This document shows, in pieces, positions 6,838-10,289 of a DNA stretch of 10,289 nucleotides. Below the pieces are notes generated by a model. That model was not told the origin of the DNA. It did no database searches and worked only from the letters and a program-made list of their open reading frames with translations. A program made the translations under genes and the position numbers. Each line of letters starts with the position of its first letter. Position 1 is the stretch's first letter. The DNA comes from an uncultured archaeon (GTDB taxonomy: Archaea; Asgardarchaeota; Lokiarchaeia; Sigyniarchaeales; SOKP01): assembly GCA_964447495.1 (NCBI GenBank), contig CAYUTF010000103.1, positions 1 through 10,289 on the forward strand, given 5' to 3'.

Positions 6838-8011
6838 TATTATCAATTTCTTCTTTTTGTTTTTTCTCAATTCTTGATTTCTTGAACTGGTGATACTGGA
6901 CATAAAAAAGAGGATGTTTAAGAGATCTCTGCTCATTATATTGTTTTGACATATATCCATTGAGACACAATGGATCATTATATTTAGAAGCCATACATAA
7001 ATTCAATGATTTTAAAGTCACGCAGGAATGGGGTGTATAACCCTTCTTTTTTGCAAATTCTACTTGATATTCTGTTTTTTTTCTATCAAAATCAGGTAAT
7101 CCTTTAAAAAGTTCTATAATACTTTCGTTTGGGAAATTTAAAGCATGCAAAAAGAAAACAAGAAATAACCGTTCGATATGTGGTAGATTTTGACCTTCCT
7201 CCGCTTTAGTTATAATTTCTTTAATGCACGGAGGGAATAAACTTTTGAAATCCTTACCTTCTTTGAACTTAATATCAATAGAATATTCAAAATCTTCCTT
7301 TTTCAATTCCCATTCGTTTAGAATATTGTCGTAAATACTCTTAAATTCCTCAAATTTGAAAAATTCCTGTCTTAATTTTTCCAATGCGATATTATCTCCA
7401 GCCTCGCCAATTATAAACTTGCGTCGCACATATTCCTGCAATAAACGCTTGAGTTCTCTCGCTTCAAGATATATATACCCATTTACCAAAGCTTTATGGC
7501 ATAATTTCCTATATTCATCTCTCAAATAAATGGAGAGCTTTAAGTAATCTTGAAATTGAATGGAAAATCTCGTTTTTAAAATTTCTTTTTGCCCTTTATC
7601 AAATACTTCTTTAAACTTGAATTCATCGCTGTATTTTGTATTTAACTTTAAATCTTTACAAATATCATCAAGATTTGCATCTTCATGATCATTAATTAAT
7701 TCAGCATAGGTTTGTTTTGAATATATGTTAGCAATTCTATTCGCAATTCGTTTATCATCAATAATATAAAGTAAAATCTTAATAAACACATATAGATATA
7801 CATTTAATTCATCAGGTGAATAATCATTAATCTCTTCCAAATTGTCGAAGGCAGATCTAAATAAATTAAGAATTCGGGGTTCATATTCACTCAATTGAAA
7901 TTTTGAAGTTAATTTTTTGAAGAATTCGACGGGGTTTGATAAATCCGAATAGAATTCCTCCAATGATGGTAACCATGGGTAATGGAATAATAAATCGGAT
8001 GATCTATTCAA
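6803..8011 (-). CDS. priL: DNA primase large regulatory subunit PriL with C-terminal Fe-S domain
   Basis: N-terminal YPWL; FPPCI, NLPHIERLFLVFFL, PDFDRKKTEYQVE, YTPHSC..LKSLNLC...C and KHPL. TTG start; overlaps priS by 35 nt. Confidence 0.95.
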   Translation of the reverse strand: MNRSSDLLFHYPWLPSLEEFYSDLSNPVEFFKKLTSKFQLSEYEPRILNLFRSAFDNLEEINDYSPDELNVYLYVFIKILLYIIDDKRIANRIANIYSKQTYAELINDHEDANLDDICKDLKLNTKYSDEFKFKEVFDKGQKEILKTRFSIQFQDYLKLSIYLRDEYRKLCHKALVNGYIYLEARELKRLLQEYVRRKFIIGEAGDNIALEKLRQEFFKFEEFKSIYDNILNEWELKKEDFEYSIDIKFKEGKDFKSLFPPCIKEIITKAEEGQNLPHIERLFLVFFLHALNFPNESIIELFKGLPDFDRKKTEYQVEFAKKKGYTPHSCVTLKSLNLCMASKYNDPLCLNGYMSKQYNEQRSLKHPLFYVQYHQFKKSRIEKKQKEEIDNNESSQISNKNI

Positions 8012-8113
8012 AGTAAGTTAATCTCCTTTTTAAAAACTCGATTGATTATATGAATTAAAAATATAGTATTATTATATTTAAAGAGTAAATAGAATTATTA
8101 TTAATTTGAGATG

Positions 8114-8139
8114 TAACTACGACGAATTAATGAAAAAAT
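8114..8139 (+). repeat. Left arm of an inverted repeat flanking the MarR/Fe-S cassette
   Basis: TAACTACGACGAA (8114-8126) is the exact reverse complement of 10145-10157; 23/26 identity over 8114-8139 vs 10132-10157. Confidence 0.8.
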
Positions 8140-8314
8140 TTATCTTTGAAATTTCGATGTTCAATGTATTCTCTGGCAATCTAAAATTTTTATACATTAA
8201 TTAAATTAAAAAATGATTGTGAAATAAATGAAAAAAAGTTTTCTCTTGAGATTATTAAATGAAAAATAATCCCAGAATAAGATAAAATAATAAGAAAAAT
8301 TACGATATTATATC

Positions 8315-8767
8315 TTAAAACATTTTATGTCTCTCTTCAAAGCTGGATTTAATTGCATTGAATCTTTCTAAAACCTTAAAAAAAACTTTTATTTGCTCAG
8401 GTTTAAACTCATGTTCCATCATTTTCACCCCCATTAGACGCCTTTGAACAAATTTTTGATATAAATCATATCCTTTATTTGTTAGCTTTAATTTAACAAC
8501 ACGACGATCTTTACTATCACTTACTCGCTTAACGAGCCCTAAATCTACTAATTTATCGATCCTTCTAGTAGCGGCGCTTGGAATTAATTTTAAAAACTCT
8601 ATAATATCAGACATCGAGCATTGGGGATGTTTCCCTATATAATTAATAAGGAATATTCCTGTGCTTATTTTTTTTCCATCGTATTCAAGAGCCTCTATAC
8701 CTTGAGTAAATTGTTCTATAAATGATGTAAAAATTTCTATATATTGCTCTTCTTGAGTATCCATCAT
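8315..8767 (-). CDS. MarR family transcriptional regulator
   Basis: 150 aa wHTH with 'SMSDIIEFLKLIPSAATRRIDKLVDLGLVKRVSDSKDRRVVKLKLTNKG' (D.R...V.LT.KG signature). Confidence 0.93.
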   Translation of the reverse strand: MMDTQEEQYIEIFTSFIEQFTQGIEALEYDGKKISTGIFLINYIGKHPQCSMSDIIEFLKLIPSAATRRIDKLVDLGLVKRVSDSKDRRVVKLKLTNKGYDLYQKFVQRRLMGVKMMEHEFKPEQIKVFFKVLERFNAIKSSFEERHKMF

Positions 8768-8862
8768 GAATAATAAGAAACTAATAAATATAATGTTTTT
8801 GCAATTTCAGAATAATTGCGTAAATGCAAATAGTTAAATATCAAAATTAATTAATTGCAACT
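8768..8862. promoter_or_regulatory. Divergent promoter region with putative MarR operator TTGC-N6-GCAA (8816-8829) and two TATA-like boxes
   Basis: TTGCGTAAATGCAA dyad; extra TTGCAA at 8799-8804 and 8855-8860; TTAAATA at 8834-8840 (+) and TTATAT at 8793-8788 (-), each ~21-29 nt before the respective ATG. Confidence 0.55.
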
Positions 8863-9948
8863 ATGCCAAAAAAGCAGACTACATTCGTTTTTCAAGGAAA
8901 AGATGAATTAGAGTTTCTGGACTTTTGTAAAACTTATCCAGATCAAGTAATCCCTTGCCATGAATCTTCCGTAACTGAGGGTTTTGAATATTTATTTAGT
9001 CTTGGTTTCAAGGTTTCCAAAAAGGAGAGAATTAAACAATTTTCAGAGGAAGGAAAAATATTCTCGTTCTTAAAATTCATGTTTAAGCTAATTTTTAAGT
9101 TGACGAGATGGAGAAAGCGAACATTCCGCGATTTAAAACCATATTATAACGAGATTAGATCCTCCACATTTATACAGAATCGTCAAGAAAATCCATCTAT
9201 AAATACACAATTATGGAAGGAACTTAACGAATATGCCTTGGAAAGATGGAATATTACCAAAATTGGATTTACGGAATTACCTACTCAACTTATATTTAAA
9301 AATAAATTTGTTCTTTTTAGATACGCTCTTGTGTTTATGCAAGAGATGGATAAGGAAAAGATTGATGAAGCACCTCGGCCCCAAGCGGGTATGGAGGTGA
9401 TGCGGGTCTATGCTACCTTAGGAGAAGCGGTTGGTCAAATCGCTCGATGGTTAAGAAAAAGAGAGGTAAGATGTCAAGCTAATCATCCTCTTGGTGGGTT
9501 AGTTAATACCCCTCCACTTACAGGTAAGGCAGGTATGGGATGGCAAGGGAGGCATGGATTGCTCATAACTCCAGAATTTGGACCACGCCAACGATTAGCA
9601 CCGATTTTTATTGAAGATCAAATATTTGAACTAACTGATAGCTTAGAACATACTTGGATTGAAAAACAATGTGATTCTTGTGGAATTTGTCAAAAAAATT
9701 GTCCTCCAGGTGCAATTCATGGAAAAAGAATAATCAATATAGATAATATTAATGGTATCGGGGCAACACGCATTAATATCGACAGAGAAAAATGTTTTCC
9801 TCAATTTTTAAAGACTGCGGGTTGTAGTATTTGCATAAAAGTTTGTCCTTTCTCATCTGGACCTAATGCATATGAGAAATTTAAACATCATATTTTAATG
9901 GAAAGTCAAAAAAATGAGAAAAAATCGCAAAATACGATAAAAAAATGA
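8863..9948 (+). CDS. Reductive dehalogenase / epoxyqueuosine reductase (RdhA/QueG) superfamily protein with a cobalamin-binding domain and two [4Fe-4S] motifs
   Basis: 'PPLTGKAGMGWQGRHGLLITPEFGPRQRL' matches the RdhA-type AG.G..GR.G..I.PEFGPR.R segment; CX2CX2CX3CP (CDSCGICQKNCP) and CX9CX2CX3CP (CFPQFLKTAGCSICIKVCP). No Tat signal seen. Confidence 0.82.
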   Translation: MPKKQTTFVFQGKDELEFLDFCKTYPDQVIPCHESSVTEGFEYLFSLGFKVSKKERIKQFSEEGKIFSFLKFMFKLIFKLTRWRKRTFRDLKPYYNEIRSSTFIQNRQENPSINTQLWKELNEYALERWNITKIGFTELPTQLIFKNKFVLFRYALVFMQEMDKEKIDEAPRPQAGMEVMRVYATLGEAVGQIARWLRKREVRCQANHPLGGLVNTPPLTGKAGMGWQGRHGLLITPEFGPRQRLAPIFIEDQIFELTDSLEHTWIEKQCDSCGICQKNCPPGAIHGKRIINIDNINGIGATRINIDREKCFPQFLKTAGCSICIKVCPFSSGPNAYEKFKHHILMESQKNEKKSQNTIKK

Positions 9949-10131
9949 GAAAAAGTTTTTTTCTTTTAATAAAATCATTAATTGTTAGAGAATTATATAA
10001 ATTTTAATTCGATTCCGTGATATCTCGAGGAATTTAAATTTATTAGGAAAAAAGTTGAGGAAATCCAAAAGACATTGAATACAGATGATTTAATAAATTA
10101 AATTCTTTAAAGTTTTTTTCCTTATTTTATC

Positions 10132-10157
10132 ATATTTTAATTATTTCGTCGTAGTTA
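10132..10157 (-). repeat. Right arm of the inverted repeat flanking the MarR/Fe-S cassette
   Basis: TTCGTCGTAGTTA at 10145-10157, 13 nt downstream of the PCNA stop codon; reverse complement of 8114-8126. Confidence 0.8.
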
Positions 10158-10170
10158 GAATTTAATAACG

Positions 10171-10289
10171 CTAAAATTCATCCATATCATCGTTTTCATC
10201 GAATTCGGCTTCTTCGACACGAGGGGCTAAGAAGTAACTCAATTCTCCTCCTTCAAGGATGCCAAAAATCATTTTCAGAGGGTGGTCGG
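10171..10289 (-). CDS. pcn: PCNA (DNA polymerase sliding clamp), 3' end; not in the ORF track
   Basis: Manual translation DHPLKMIFGILEGGELSYFLAPRVEEAEFDENDDMDEF* (TAG at 10173-10171) carries the PCNA C-terminal 'PL.....G.L.Y.LAPR.E' signature; context with priL/priS/gins fits. Confidence 0.92.
   Translation of the reverse strand, partial: DHPLKMIFGILEGGELSYFLAPRVEEAEFDENDDMDEF

Noticed and set aside
6838-6978. 47-aa N-terminal extension of PriS, or a PriL-PriS frameshift fusion
   Set aside because: The extension overlaps the conserved PriL Fe-S/KHPL region and PriS similarity begins at MSPVKF. No stimulatory structure is seen, so an open alternative frame alone is insufficient.
9908-9954. 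16-bp direct repeat A7-TGAG-A5 (9908-9923 and 9939-9954) at the end of the Fe-S gene
   Set aside because: Mostly homopolymer and low complexity; similar TGAGAAAAA strings occur near 858-878. At most a local slippage duplication.
8090-10170. Reading the flanking inverted repeats as integron attC sites, CRISPR repeats or IS ends with a target-site duplication
   Set aside because: Only two copies in inverted orientation, no array, no attC-like internal hairpin, no transposase, and the immediate flanks (GATG| and |GAAT) are not a direct duplication.

Overview
AT-rich archaeal window whose gene content points to an Asgard archaeon, probably Lokiarchaeia-like (inferred, not searched). In order it holds the 3' end of a DUF99 gene, an Arf-like small GTPase, a 4-TM membrane protein, a stand-alone EF-1alpha and aIF2alpha-nop10. 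Convergent with these is the replication cluster pcn (partial)-priL-priS-gins15. A ~2 kb cassette sits between pcn and priL: a MarR regulator divergent from a cobalamin/2x[4Fe-4S] reductive-dehalogenase/QueG-like gene. The cassette is bracketed by an inverted repeat (13 bp perfect core, 23/26 extended) and has no transposase or recombinase. The other main anomaly is that the GTPase frame is intact back through the P-loop but has no in-frame ATG/GTG/TTG upstream of it.
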